Source of the DNA: Cyanobacteriota bacterium
GTDB taxonomy: Bacteria; Cyanobacteriota; Cyanobacteriia; Thermostichales; Thermostichaceae
NCBI GenBank assembly: GCA_033764955.1
Contig: JANRIL010000024.1
Span: 1-64,000 of the forward strand
Direction: 5' to 3'
DNA: 64,000 nucleotides
The notes under the pieces are model-generated. The model was not told where the DNA came from and ran no database searches. It saw nothing but the letters and a program-made list of their open reading frames with translations. Position 1 is the stretch's first letter. Every line of letters begins with the position of its first letter. Positions 21,346 to 31,995 of the stretch are shown here, piece by piece. The translations under genes were made by a program, and so were the position numbers.

Positions 21346-22668
21346 TTACCAAGTCTTTAGCGCTATATCCAGTGGTAAAGGCGATCGGGTTGGAATGGCC
21401 AAATTTGCCTGTAAGAAACTTTCCACAAGATCAGCGTAGTGGCGAGGAAAAATCAGCCAAACCTGCGGGGGTGTATGAACCAATGCATTGACCAAAGGAG
21501 ATAAAGTAGCAATTTCTTGTAAGCCAACATCCGTTTCCAGAAGGATCCCTTGATAATAAAAGGTATAACCCTGGACATGGGCAGCTCGAAACCCCAGATA
21601 GTAATCGGGATCCCAATTATCTTGGATAAGTTTTTGTTGAAGCTTAATTTTTAGAGATTGTTGCTGCTCACTGCTGAGTTGCGAGATATTGCGAGCTTTG
21701 AATAAATCGCGGTTGAGATAGCGGCGGGCTAAGTCTTGCAAAATGGGATCCTTTGTCTGGCTCCAGAAATAGAAAGGATAGGAAAAGAGACCATCATCGG
21801 CGGCTAAATATAGATCCAGTGGGAGTTGGTTAACAGGTTCTTTTAGCCAAGCGGATAAAACGGCATCCAGGGTTAAGCTTTGCTGTTCAAATAATGTGCG
21901 AACCCGCCGAAAGAGCCGATCCAAAACGAAGCGAGCTGCTAAACTTTTTGGGTGCTGATATACCTGTGTGTACATGAAATAGCGCACCACCAAATAATGT
22001 TCAATTGCCCCCAGTCCTTTACGAGCCGGAATCGAAAGAGATTCGCGGGTGGGGCTGTAATCCAAAACGGTAATAATTCGATCCAGATCTAAGTGCCCGT
22101 ATTGAGCGCCCGTCAGCAAACTATCTCGCATTAAATAATCCAGCCGGTCACAGTCCAGTTGACTGGATACTAATTGCATAACCAAGGGCAGAGAAAATTC
22201 CTTCAAAAAAACCTGCTGAATCTGTTGGGGTAACTGCGGGTCAAATTCGGCCAACAATTGGGCAATTTGGGGATCTTCCTGCACAATCCGCCGTGTCCAG
22301 AGTTCGTGGTGGGTGCCAAACATGTCTTCCCCAGCATGGCTAAAGGGGCCATGCCCAATGTCGTGCAGCAAAGCGGCCACCAGCGTCACCGCTCGATAGG
22401 GTTTCAATTCGGGATAGCGACTCGCCAACCGGTCAAACACCCGTCGCGCAATGTAGAGTACCCCCACCGAGTGGGTAAAGCGGGATCCCTCCGCTCCGTG
22501 GAAGGTAAAGTAGGCAGTGTCCAATTGCCGGATGCGACGCAGCCGTTGAAAAGCGGGGGTATCAATCAGGCGAATCAACAGGGCTTCCACGGCGTCCCCC
22601 CCATCCAGGCTGATCGCCCCGTGCAGAGGGTCATGATAGGTGCGAGATTTGCAAAAGCGGAGTGCCAT
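21346..22668 (-). CDS. HD-domain phosphohydrolase (SAMHD1/dNTPase-like)
   Basis: FQRLRRIRQL, SRFTHS, LLHDIGHGPFSH, LDCDRLDYL. Confidence 0.9.
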   Translation of the reverse strand: MALRFCKSRTYHDPLHGAISLDGGDAVEALLIRLIDTPAFQRLRRIRQLDTAYFTFHGAEGSRFTHSVGVLYIARRVFDRLASRYPELKPYRAVTLVAALLHDIGHGPFSHAGEDMFGTHHELWTRRIVQEDPQIAQLLAEFDPQLPQQIQQVFLKEFSLPLVMQLVSSQLDCDRLDYLMRDSLLTGAQYGHLDLDRIITVLDYSPTRESLSIPARKGLGAIEHYLVVRYFMYTQVYQHPKSLAARFVLDRLFRRVRTLFEQQSLTLDAVLSAWLKEPVNQLPLDLYLAADDGLFSYPFYFWSQTKDPILQDLARRYLNRDLFKARNISQLSSEQQQSLKIKLQQKLIQDNWDPDYYLGFRAAHVQGYTFYYQGILLETDVGLQEIATLSPLVNALVHTPPQVWLIFPRHYADLVESFLQANLAIPTRSPLPLDIALKTW

Positions 22669-22965
22669 AATTTGTCCTGTTTGCTTTCCCTATTCTGAAT
22701 CAAGTGAAGGGATGGGCTGGTAAATCATCTCGAACCTTCACCGATGCCCTCGCCCTCATCTGCATCACTACAGTATTGATTAGTTGCCACTCCGTCGGTG
22801 GATGAGACATCTCCTAAACTCGGAACCTCGCTTACCGATATTTGCACAAGCTACGGCAACCAGCCCCAGCGAGTCGCAGGAGGGAGGGTTGGATCTTGCC
22901 AGATTATCGAGAAGGCATAGAGTAATAAAGACATAGAGTTGTGCCGATACTTGTCATTGTCTGCC

Positions 22966-23670
22966 ATGTTGCCCCTTGCCTCCCCCACCACCCTCCTGCA
23001 CTTGCATCGTGATGGACAAGGGATCCATCTGCATTTGCCCCCCGCAGAGATCCCCTGGTCGGATCTTTGGGAGCACCTCAGTTTGTGGTTACGTGGCCAA
23101 CGGCGTTTTTGGCAGGGGGAGGCTCCTCTGATTCTCTGGGGGGAAGCGTGGCTGTTGGATCCCCAACAGTTGCAAGCTCTGGCTCATCTGTTAGCTCAAC
23201 ATCACCTCTGCCTAGAACGAGTCCATACCCACCAGCGCCACACCGCTATCGCCGCCGCCAGTTTGGGCTATTCTGTAGAGCAATCCTCCCCTTGGCAGAC
23301 AGCCAAACGGGTTTGGTCAGGGGATCCCCCCCTCTATTTGCGAACCACCATCCGTTCGGGGACGGAGATTCGCCATACCGGATCAGTGTTTGTGCTAGGA
23401 GATCTCAATCCGGGGGGAGAAATCATCGCCGATGGTGACATTGGCATCTGGGGTCGTTGCCGAGGTCTCACCCATGCCGGAGCCAGTGGGGATCGACAAG
23501 CTGTTATTCTCGCCTTACAGTTGGATCCCACCCAGCTTCGCATCGCTGACCAAGTGGCCCGCCCCCCTGCCCCCCATCGGGCGGATCCCGAGCCGGAGGT
23601 GGCCTACCTCAAGGATCAGATCATTTGCATTGCCAGTGCCCATGACTTTTTGCGGAGAGTGTCTTTATGA
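22966..23670 (+). CDS. minC: Septum site-determining protein MinC
   Basis: TIRSGTEI, GDLNPGGEIIADG, HAGASGD; upstream of minD. Confidence 0.9.
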   Translation: MLPLASPTTLLHLHRDGQGIHLHLPPAEIPWSDLWEHLSLWLRGQRRFWQGEAPLILWGEAWLLDPQQLQALAHLLAQHHLCLERVHTHQRHTAIAAASLGYSVEQSSPWQTAKRVWSGDPPLYLRTTIRSGTEIRHTGSVFVLGDLNPGGEIIADGDIGIWGRCRGLTHAGASGDRQAVILALQLDPTQLRIADQVARPPAPHRADPEPEVAYLKDQIICIASAHDFLRRVSL

Positions 23671-24473
23671 GCCGTGTCATTGTGATGACCTCAGGCAAGG
23701 GAGGAGTGGGCAAAACCACAATTACCGCCAATTTGGGAACCGCCCTGGCACGCCTCAACTCCTCGGTGGTGGTGGTGGATGCCGACTTTGGCCTGCGTAA
23801 CCTCGATCTCCTGCTGGGTCTGGAGCAACGGGTGGTTTATACCGCTGTGGATGTGATTCTGGGAGAGTGCCGGCTGGAACAAGCCCTCGTCAAAGATAAA
23901 CGCACCCCCAATCTGGCTCTTTTGCCCGCCGCTCAAACCCGCAACAAAACCGCCGTTACCCCCGACCAAATGCGCGATCTCGTGCAAAAGTTGACCAGTC
24001 TCTACGATTTTGTCTTGGTGGACTGTCCGGCGGGCATCGAACAGGGGTTTCGCAATGCCATCGCCGGAGCCAAAGAAGCGATTATTGTCACCACCCCGGA
24101 GTTGTCAGCCGTGCGAGATGCCGATCGCGTGGTAGGTCTCTTAGAAGCCGCCCAGATCCAACCCACCCAACTGATCGTCAACCGGATTCGACCAGACATG
24201 GTGGCGGCGGAGCAAATGATGTCGGTGGAGGATGTGGAAGAAATTTTGGCTATTCCCCTTCTGGGCGTTGTGCCAGAAGATCGGGAGGTGATTGTCTCCA
24301 CCAACCGGGGAGAACCCCTGGTCTTAGCCGCCAACCCCGCGCAAGCCGCCCTAGCGATTGGTCGGATTGCCCGTCGCCTCAAGGGAGAGGGGATCCCCAT
24401 TCCCGACCCAGAGAGCTTTCAGGAAGGGTTGATGGGACGATTACGAAAATTCCTGAACCAAAAAGTGCTGTGA
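23667..24473 (+). CDS. minD: Septum site-determining ATPase MinD
   Basis: [25 protein letters not shown], amphipathic C-terminus. Confidence 0.97.
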   Translation: MSRVIVMTSGKGGVGKTTITANLGTALARLNSSVVVVDADFGLRNLDLLLGLEQRVVYTAVDVILGECRLEQALVKDKRTPNLALLPAAQTRNKTAVTPDQMRDLVQKLTSLYDFVLVDCPAGIEQGFRNAIAGAKEAIIVTTPELSAVRDADRVVGLLEAAQIQPTQLIVNRIRPDMVAAEQMMSVEDVEEILAIPLLGVVPEDREVIVSTNRGEPLVLAANPAQAALAIGRIARRLKGEGIPIPDPESFQEGLMGRLRKFLNQKVL

Positions 24474-24534
24474 AGTCCACCGACCCCGCCTCAGCCATGA
24501 TGGCTATCCCCTATCCAGGAACCTATCCCCCACC

Positions 24535-24840
24535 ATGTTTCTCGATTTTTTAGAACAAATTTTCACCCGCCATAGCAAGCAGAGTCGCAACCAAGCCAAG
24601 CAGCGCATTAAGCTGATTTTGGCTCATGATCGTGCCGATCTGACCCCGGCGGCGCTAGAGTCAATGCGGCTAGAAATTTTGCAGGTGGTTTCTCGTTATG
24701 TAGAACTAGAATCAGATGGCTTGGAATTTAATCTGGCGAGTGAGCAGGGTACCACCGCGTTAATTGCCAATTTACCGATTCGCCGGGTCAAGGTAAGCCC
24801 AGAAACCTTGTCCGAAGGTTTCTCGGTAGAGCCGGGATAA
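24535..24840 (+). CDS. minE: Cell division topological specificity factor MinE
   Basis: [24 protein letters not shown]. Confidence 0.95.
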   Translation: MFLDFLEQIFTRHSKQSRNQAKQRIKLILAHDRADLTPAALESMRLEILQVVSRYVELESDGLEFNLASEQGTTALIANLPIRRVKVSPETLSEGFSVEPG

Positions 24841-24947
24841 GCCTCAGCTAGAGTTCGGATCCCTAGAGGGATGGGGACAAGAGCCGGGATCCCATCGAGC
24901 AAGGGTAGGGCAGCAAAGGCATAGCACAGGGCAACAAACATATAGAT

Positions 24948-25565
24948 ATGACTCAACACGATTCTGAACATTCCCACCATCCATCTACCTTTTGGTTGAG
25001 CTTATTAGAATCCGCTGAGGTGAGCATTAGCCAAATTGTCATTACCGCCAGCGAAGAGATGCTACGAATGGGGCAAGAGGCTCTAAATTGGTTAGAGGAA
25101 TTTTGGCAACCGGATCTGTGGGAGGAAGCCCGTCTGTCCCAGACTGACCCAGAGAGAACTTCCGATGAGTCAGATGATCAGGAAGCCTCCCGTTACCTGT
25201 GGGCATATCTTGAGGGTCAACCATTTTTTGAACCTCTACGGTTACCAATAGAAGAACCTTCGCAAGAAGAGTGGCAAGCCATGGATGGGGAGGCTCGTCG
25301 GCTCTACCAAATACTCATGCAGATGGAGGAACCCACAGAAGCTTTTCAACCTCAGCCCCGCGATAGCGGGATCCACCCCCCACCCCGCAGGGGCATCATC
25401 TGGCGAAGCCCAGAGGAGTTTTTGGGGGCTTACTCGCAGGCCGAGATGGGCTTTGTCAATTGTCGCTACCATGCCCACTCCCCCTATCTGCTCTGTACCG
25501 TTAATCCCGCAGGGCCTTGTCAGAGTTGCCCCCACTTTCAGCCGGAGGAGGAGACCCCCTTTTAA
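24948..25565 (+). CDS. Hypothetical protein with C-terminal Cys motif (DUF6464-like)
   Basis: NCRYHAHSPYLLCTVNPAGPCQSCPHF. Confidence 0.65.
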   Translation: MTQHDSEHSHHPSTFWLSLLESAEVSISQIVITASEEMLRMGQEALNWLEEFWQPDLWEEARLSQTDPERTSDESDDQEASRYLWAYLEGQPFFEPLRLPIEEPSQEEWQAMDGEARRLYQILMQMEEPTEAFQPQPRDSGIHPPPRRGIIWRSPEEFLGAYSQAEMGFVNCRYHAHSPYLLCTVNPAGPCQSCPHFQPEEETPF

Positions 25566-25718
25566 GTCCGGCGGCTACTGAGCGCCCTCACCTCCCAGCA
25601 GGATCCCGCCCAAGCATCGGCAGAGTGGGTTAACTTGGAGAGCAAGCGCAGAGGATCCCGGCTTACCCCATCCCAGCGGGTCGCGGCAAGTGAGGGCTTA
25701 GATTAGGATCAGACCGGC

Positions 25719-27791
25719 ATGGAAAATTCCTTTGGGTTGTTGCTGTTGATCACGGTAGCTTTGGTTGCGGGGATTGCGGCTCAGGTCATTGCCAATTTTT
25801 TTAAGGTGCCTGGAATTGTTTTTTTGCTACCTCTGGGGATTTTAGTAGGTCCGGATGGGTTGGGATTAGTTCATCCCCAGTCGTTGGGGATTGGCTTGGA
25901 TGTTTTGGTCTCTCTGGCGGTGGCTCTGATTTTGTTTGAGGGGGGTCTCAATCTGCGTTGGCAGCAACTCAGTCAGGTTTCCCAAAGCTTACGCAACTTG
26001 GTAACGGTGGGTACAGCCTTGACACTGCTGGGGGGATCCATCGCTGCCCATTATTTGGCGGAGTTTCCCTGGTCACTGGCCTTTTTATATGGATCGTTGG
26101 TGGTGGTAACCGGACCTACGGTGATCAACCCCATTCTGAAACGGGTGCGACTGGATGAAGCGGTCAGTACGCTCTTGGAGGGGGAAGGGGTGCTGATCGA
26201 CCCGATTGGGGCAGTGTTGGGGGTGGTGGTGTTGCAGGTGATTTTGTCGGGCAATCCCAATCTAGTGATGGCGGCGGAGCAGTTGGGGGGACGCCTTCTG
26301 ATTGGAGCTACCATTGGTGCGGTGGGCGGCTGGCTGATGGGATCCTTTTTGCTGTGGTCGCGGCAATATCTGACGGAGGAGTTGCGTAACTCGGTGGTGC
26401 TGGCGGGAGCCTTAGCGGTCTTTGCGCTGGCACAGTCTTTGCTTTCGGAGTCTGGGCTGATGGCGGTGGTGGTAGCGGGTTTGGTAGTGCGGCAAAAAGC
26501 CGCCATTGCTGAGCGGAGTGTCCGTCAGTTTCATGGGCAGTTGGTGGTCTTAGCCATTTCGGTGCTGTTTATTTTATTAACGGCCAGCCTCTCGATTAAA
26601 GCGGTGTTAGCTCTGGGCTGGGGAGCGGTCGCCACGGTGGGGGTGTTGATGGTGGGGGTGCGCCCCCTGAGTGTTTGGCTTTGTACCTGGCAAAGCGATC
26701 TCAACTGGCGACAAAAACTGTTTATCTCCTGGTTAGCCCCCCGTGGCATCGTGGCGGCGTCGGTGGCCTCCCTGTTTGGCATTTTGCTGACAGAACGGGG
26801 GATTACGGGGGGGGATGCCTTGAAGGCATTGGTATTTCTGACGATTGCCATGACGGTGATGATCCAAGGGCTGACGGCAACTTGGGCGGCTCGCTGGCTA
26901 CGGCTGGATCAAGGGCGACATACGGTGATTGTGGGCAATCATCCCCTCGCTCAGCAACTGGCGGAACTGCTGCGGCAACATCAACAATCGGTTCATCTGG
27001 TTTCTCTGGAGAACCGGGATCCCCTAGGGGCGGAAGGGCGGCTGGGATCCCTTTATTTTCAACCCGCTTCCCCCCCAGAGAACCACCCACAGCCGGATCT
27101 CCTGGCCAAAGCCACTGACAACGCCACCGACAAATCGGATAAGTCGATTGATTTGACAGCCGCACAAAGTCTGTTTAGCGAATCAGGACTACAAGCCAAC
27201 CTGGAGGATGTGGATGATCTGGTGATCATGACTCTCAATCCCCAACTCAACTGGGCGTTTGCCGAACTCACCGTCAAGCTGTTTGCCTCCACCACCATCT
27301 GGGCTTGCCTATTACCGGATATGCCTATTTCAGAAGGGATCCGTCCGCTGGCTCCCAGCTTCCAGCAATTACAAACCTGGGCCAACTATTTAGGGCAAGA
27401 TCGTACCCAACTGCGCTCTATTACCCTACCTGCTCTCGCCGATCTGGGCTTCGGCAGAATAAATCCTCCTCGCCAAAGGGGGTTATCGACTCCGGTGGAG
27501 CTGGGGGATATTACCCTGAATCGCCTACGGGATCACTTCGCGCGCCGCATGACTAGTCAGCTTTGTTTGCCGTTGGTGTTAGTGCGCCCCCACGCCAGCA
27601 ACCGCTGGCTGAGAACCCGTGCGGGTCAAAAAGTTTATCTTTTGCCGGATCCGAGCCTGTGGCATCGCGGGGATCAAGTCTTTTTTCTGGAGCGCAGTCA
27701 GACAAACTTGGATGCAGAGCCTCAAGAAGAGGCAAGTCTGCCCATCGGGATCCCACGCTATTCCGAAATTAAGCTGCACTTTGACCTATAA
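25719..27791 (+). CDS. CPA1-family Na+/H+ antiporter with soluble C-terminal region
   Basis: ILFEGGL, TGPTVI, LEGEGVLIDP, APRGIVAA; many TM helices. Confidence 0.9.
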   Translation: MENSFGLLLLITVALVAGIAAQVIANFFKVPGIVFLLPLGILVGPDGLGLVHPQSLGIGLDVLVSLAVALILFEGGLNLRWQQLSQVSQSLRNLVTVGTALTLLGGSIAAHYLAEFPWSLAFLYGSLVVVTGPTVINPILKRVRLDEAVSTLLEGEGVLIDPIGAVLGVVVLQVILSGNPNLVMAAEQLGGRLLIGATIGAVGGWLMGSFLLWSRQYLTEELRNSVVLAGALAVFALAQSLLSESGLMAVVVAGLVVRQKAAIAERSVRQFHGQLVVLAISVLFILLTASLSIKAVLALGWGAVATVGVLMVGVRPLSVWLCTWQSDLNWRQKLFISWLAPRGIVAASVASLFGILLTERGITGGDALKALVFLTIAMTVMIQGLTATWAARWLRLDQGRHTVIVGNHPLAQQLAELLRQHQQSVHLVSLENRDPLGAEGRLGSLYFQPASPPENHPQPDLLAKATDNATDKSDKSIDLTAAQSLFSESGLQANLEDVDDLVIMTLNPQLNWAFAELTVKLFASTTIWACLLPDMPISEGIRPLAPSFQQLQTWANYLGQDRTQLRSITLPALADLGFGRINPPRQRGLSTPVELGDITLNRLRDHFARRMTSQLCLPLVLVRPHASNRWLRTRAGQKVYLLPDPSLWHRGDQVFFLERSQTNLDAEPQEEASLPIGIPRYSEIKLHFDL

Positions 27792-27899
27792 ATCGTCTTA
27801 CAAAAGTCGGCTCAGTGGGTGAGATTCCCCCTGTTCCTAGACCCAGTCAATTCATGAAACCACCATGCTAAAGTTTAATCATTAGTGGTAATAATTCTT

Positions 27900-28703
27900 A
27901 TGACGCTGGCTCAACGTCTGCCCACACTTTCTCTTCCCGACCATACCCAACTTCCAGAGTCAGATGGCAGCTTTGTGAAAAATTTTCAAGAGCATCCACA
28001 AAGTCTGCTTCTGACTAGCTCCATTCGACCTGTCCTCGATGCCCTTCACCCCGATGGACAATACGCCATTGGTCAAGATTGCGGTATCTACTGGCAGTTG
28101 ACCGATCCCCCCGAAAGGGGAGCCGAGGCTCCCGATTGGTTTTATGTTCCTCATGTGCCACCACTCCTGAACGGCAAGCGGCGCCGCTCTTATGTCATGT
28201 GGAAAGAAATCATAGCCCCATTGCTGGCTATTGAGTTTGTCTCTGGGGATGGTTCAGAGGAACGGGACTCTACACCCATATACGGCAGTCATGGTGCTCG
28301 ACCCGGCAAGTTTTGGGTATATGAACAAGCCATTCACATTCCCTTTTATGCCATCTATGAGGTAGACAAAGCCTCTGTAGAGGTTTACGAGTTACATAGG
28401 GGACGCTATCAACCTTGCCAAGCCAACGAGCGTGGACATTATCGGATCCCAGCTTTGGGTGTTGAGTTGGGCATTTGGTATGGGCAATACATGAACCAAG
28501 ATTTGCCCTGGTTGCGTTGGTGGACGGAGGACGGGATCCTCCTCCTATCTGGGGAAGAACGAGCTGAACAAGCAGAAGAACGAGCCGAACAAGCAGAAGA
28601 ACGAGCCGAACAAGCCACTCAGCAAGCACAGTCAGCTAACCAACGGGCAGAGAAACTAGCGGCGCGATTACGGGAGCTGGGGGTAGAACCAGAGGCTATC
28701 TAG
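27900..28703 (+). CDS. Uma2-family (DUF820) putative endonuclease
   Basis: LPDHTQLPESDG, EAPDWFYVP, IEFVS, WLRWW, LRELGVEP tail. Confidence 0.9.
   Translation: MTLAQRLPTLSLPDHTQLPESDGSFVKNFQEHPQSLLLTSSIRPVLDALHPDGQYAIGQDCGIYWQLTDPPERGAEAPDWFYVPHVPPLLNGKRRRSYVMWKEIIAPLLAIEFVSGDGSEERDSTPIYGSHGARPGKFWVYEQAIHIPFYAIYEVDKASVEVYELHRGRYQPCQANERGHYRIPALGVELGIWYGQYMNQDLPWLRWWTEDGILLLSGEERAEQAEERAEQAEERAEQATQQAQSANQRAEKLAARLRELGVEPEAI
28554..28616. repeat. 3 x 21-bp tandem repeat (EERAEQA) in the Uma2 tail
   Basis: gaagaacgagcYgaacaagcM three times. Confidence 0.9.
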
Positions 28704-28852
28704 ATGTTGCTTGGTCTCCGATGGAGTTCTGGGATCCCCACCATCCCAAGCCAGCTTCATCCAGTCACAACCAACCAGAGCAAGAGGCTGTCTGCGGGAA
28801 GATGAATTTCGCTAAGCTAGGTGTCTGCACTTTCGAGGTGAGGAAGTAGGAG

Positions 28853-29518
28853 ATGAAAGTCTTGGTGGCAGGCTCTACGGGGGAAACGGGTCGGCGGGTG
28901 GTCACGGAATTGCTGGAGCGGCGGATCCCCCTACGGGCTATGGGGCGAGAATTGGCAACCGCCCAGGCCATTTTACCAACAGGGATTGAGCTAGTAGCGG
29001 CGGATCTCACGCAACCCCACACCCTGACCGCCGCGTTGGAGGGCTGTACCCACGTGATTTGTGCGGCGGGATCCCGTCCCAGTTGGGATCCCTCAGGCCC
29101 TTATGCTGTTGATTTTATGGGAACAAAAAACCTGATTGACCAGGCGAAGTCCACAGGCATTCAGCATTTTGTGCTGGTCACCTCCCTTTGTGTCTCCCGC
29201 CTGTTTCATCCCCTCAACTTATTTTGGTTGATTTTACTGTGGAAGAAACAAGCCGAGCTCTATCTGCAACACAGTGGGCTAACTTATACGATTATTCGTC
29301 CCGGCGGGCTAAAAAACGAAGACAATACGGATGCGATTGTCATGGCTCCTCCTGACACCCTTTTTGAGGGCCGCATCCCGCGTCGCCAAGTGGCTCAGGT
29401 TTGCGTGGAGTCTCTTCTGGAGATAGGTGCCCGCAACAAAACCGTAGAAATTATCGCTCAACCCGATGCCCCGCAAGAAACCCTATCAAAACTGTTTAGT
29501 ACCATTCGCCCATCGTAG
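28853..29518 (+). CDS. NAD(P)-binding atypical SDR oxidoreductase
   Basis: VAGSTGETG Rossmann motif, YTIIRPGGL. Confidence 0.88.
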   Translation: MKVLVAGSTGETGRRVVTELLERRIPLRAMGRELATAQAILPTGIELVAADLTQPHTLTAALEGCTHVICAAGSRPSWDPSGPYAVDFMGTKNLIDQAKSTGIQHFVLVTSLCVSRLFHPLNLFWLILLWKKQAELYLQHSGLTYTIIRPGGLKNEDNTDAIVMAPPDTLFEGRIPRRQVAQVCVESLLEIGARNKTVEIIAQPDAPQETLSKLFSTIRPS

Positions 29519-29559
29519 GGATCCCAGATATTTTAGAGTAGATTCATTTTAAGGATTCA

Positions 29560-29889
29560 ATGGCCTGTATGTCTGAGTTATCTGATGGGCTGGCTCGTTT
29601 GCGGGAACTCATCATTCATTTGGAAGATATCTCCATTCATCAACCCATCGATAGTGTCAGTGCCGTTTTAGAAACTATTGATCTGGCCATTAGCTTTGAT
29701 ATGTATGAGGTTGAGGCAAGTCATTATCTTTTACAAATTTCAGCTAACTTAAAAGAACAACTCAAGCAAGTGGAGCTAGCCAGCTCAGAATTTGAACAAG
29801 TTAAAAACCGTATGCGAGAAGTGGGTTTTACGGAGCAAGAAATTGTCGATCTTTTTGATCTTGAGGTTGACAACAATGGAGCCGAGTAG
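29560..29889 (+). CDS. Hypothetical acidic protein
   Basis: 109-aa ORF filling the gap between neighbours. Confidence 0.55.
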   Translation: MACMSELSDGLARLRELIIHLEDISIHQPIDSVSAVLETIDLAISFDMYEVEASHYLLQISANLKEQLKQVELASSEFEQVKNRMREVGFTEQEIVDLFDLEVDNNGAE

Positions 29890-29907
29890 CCTAATGCACA
29901 GATAACC

Positions 29908-30840
29908 CTAATAAGTCGCCTGCAATTTACTCAACAAATAGTCACCCGCCCGCACCATGGGATAGCGAGGAGGATGGCCGGATCCGCGCCCTTGACTCAA
30001 ACAGACGATCTCCGCCTGCCGATCCGGATCACAAAAAAAGGCGATGGAATAGCGGTCGCGGTTTTGGGAGGGATCCCTTGGCTGGACAACCCGATGACGG
30101 GTGGATCGGAGGTGATCATTCGTCCAGCGCTGCATCAAGTCTCCCAAATTGACCACTACCGTATCGGGGCTAGGGGTGACGGAGATCCAGGAGCCCTGGC
30201 GGTTTTTTACCTCTAACCCTCCCACCCCATCTTGAAACAACAAGGTCAGACTGCCGTAATCGGAATGTTCTCCTGCCCGAATTTGTCCGGCTGGACAGGG
30301 GGGATAGTGCAAGAGTCGCAGGGTGGTTTGATCCCCCTGTTGATGATGCCCGACAAACCAATCTCGATCGGGCAGGTGCAAGCCCAGAGCCAAGGCACGC
30401 AACAGATGGAGAGCCGCGCTGCCACAGGCATGATGAAAAGCGAGCAACGTTGCGCGATTGTCCTCCAGTAGTGGCGGCCAGGGATTGTCTCGCAAGTTTA
30501 CCCCCGCCAGATTAAACGCTTCCTTAACGTCACCGGGCTGCGCCGGATCCAGTCGCTCTCGCCCCACCCCCACATAACCCACATTACTCTCGGCTCCTGA
30601 CCAAGCCAGTTGTTCTTTAACCGCTAGCGGCAGGGCAAAAAGCTCTTGACTAGTTCGGAAGGTGGCCTCGATCAGGGATGGCGGGATCCCCAAATTCTTC
30701 ACCCTCATAAACCCGACCTCGTGACAGGCTTGATAAACCTGCTCAGCCACCTGCTGTTGAGCCTCAGCCACCCCCGCTAAAAAGGGAGCAAAATCGATAA
30801 CAGGGATCCCGTTCATAGAGCTAGAAAAAAAGTCGCCCAT
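29908..30840 (-). CDS. 2OG-Fe(II) dioxygenase, isopenicillin N synthase family
   Basis: IPVIDF, HSD...H facial triad, RYSIAFF. Confidence 0.92.
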   Translation of the reverse strand: MGDFFSSSMNGIPVIDFAPFLAGVAEAQQQVAEQVYQACHEVGFMRVKNLGIPPSLIEATFRTSQELFALPLAVKEQLAWSGAESNVGYVGVGRERLDPAQPGDVKEAFNLAGVNLRDNPWPPLLEDNRATLLAFHHACGSAALHLLRALALGLHLPDRDWFVGHHQQGDQTTLRLLHYPPCPAGQIRAGEHSDYGSLTLLFQDGVGGLEVKNRQGSWISVTPSPDTVVVNLGDLMQRWTNDHLRSTRHRVVQPRDPSQNRDRYSIAFFCDPDRQAEIVCLSQGRGSGHPPRYPMVRAGDYLLSKLQATY

Positions 30841-30888
30841 GAATCAGCATGGCATAATGGCGGCTGGTGTGTTCCGGTAGATCCTGAC

Positions 30889-31989
30889 GTGACTCTAGAC
30901 TTGCCTTCCCCCCCCCTCCCTATCCAGGTTTCTGGGATTGCCCCCCTTGATGCCCGCTTGCTGGAAGGGGGGCTAGATCTGCACTTTCAATTGCCGGATC
31001 CCACCGATTCAGAAATTCCAGAATTCGATTTTCAACAACAGGTGGAGGTGGCTTGGCAGGTGTGTGACCGTTTCGACCTGCAAACCGACATTTGGCGGGG
31101 GCGAATTTTGCGGGTGGTGCGGGACCACCTTAAGCTGACGGGGGACGGACGGGGAAGTAGCTTCATGAGTTGGCTCAAAGAGCGTGACATTAGCAAAAGC
31201 CAAGCCTACGCCCTGATTGAGTTGGCGGATAGTGCCGATATCCTCCTGCAAAATCAAGACTTGGATAGCGAAGCGGTCGAACGTTTCAGCAAGCGGGCTT
31301 TTGTCGAAACCGCCCAAGCAGCTCCGGAAGTGCAACAGATGGTGGCGGCGGCAGCTCAGCAGGGAAATCGTATCACCCGTCAAGAGGTGCGGGATCTGAC
31401 CCATCAGTGGACAGCCATGACCTCCGATCTCATCCCGCCCCTGGTCAAGGCCAAAGTAGCGGATAACACGATTCCCACTCGCTATCTGGCTCCTCTCGTG
31501 AAAGAGCTAGCCAAACTGCCTCCCTCTCAGCAGCAATCCTTGCAGGTGGAAATAGCCAGCCACCCTGATGTGGATACCCTCAAGCAAGTCACCGCCGATG
31601 CCCGTTATTTGGCGCGTTACCTAGAGGCAGCCGCCCAAGTCCGCTCTCTCGATGATCCAACCCTCAACCTGGAACAGGCATTAGAAGAAGCCCTCCGCCT
31701 GGGATCCCTGAACTTGACGGCTGACCTGATGAACCAAGCCGCCCAATTGGAACAAACCCTGACCCGCCTCTATACCACCTGGAAGCGGCTAAATACCCTC
31801 TCCGAAAAACTCTATCTCACGAGTGGTGCTAGCACCCCTCACCTACAGCGGTTGCTCAACTGCTTGGGCAGGCTCTCCGAAAGTCACATTACTCTGGATC
31901 TGGGGCAGGCTGACCACCTGCAAACCATTCGCCTCACCTTAGAGGAGCTAAACAGCGCCAGCCAGAGTAGCAGGGGATCCCTGCCTTAG
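30889..31989 (+). CDS. Hypothetical protein
   Basis: 366-aa ORF, DRFDLQTDIWRGRILR; helical; function unknown. Confidence 0.7.
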   Translation: MTLDLPSPPLPIQVSGIAPLDARLLEGGLDLHFQLPDPTDSEIPEFDFQQQVEVAWQVCDRFDLQTDIWRGRILRVVRDHLKLTGDGRGSSFMSWLKERDISKSQAYALIELADSADILLQNQDLDSEAVERFSKRAFVETAQAAPEVQQMVAAAAQQGNRITRQEVRDLTHQWTAMTSDLIPPLVKAKVADNTIPTRYLAPLVKELAKLPPSQQQSLQVEIASHPDVDTLKQVTADARYLARYLEAAAQVRSLDDPTLNLEQALEEALRLGSLNLTADLMNQAAQLEQTLTRLYTTWKRLNTLSEKLYLTSGASTPHLQRLLNCLGRLSESHITLDLGQADHLQTIRLTLEELNSASQSSRGSLP

Positions 31990-31995
31990 GCCAGT

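Noticed and set aside
22700..22900. Possible transposase scrap (TFTDALALI) or small ORF upstream of minC
   Set aside because: Match is too short, with no termini or convincing start
28554..28616. Uma2 tail tandem repeat as a novel element
   Set aside because: Variable coiled-coil tails are routine in cyanobacterial Uma2 proteins
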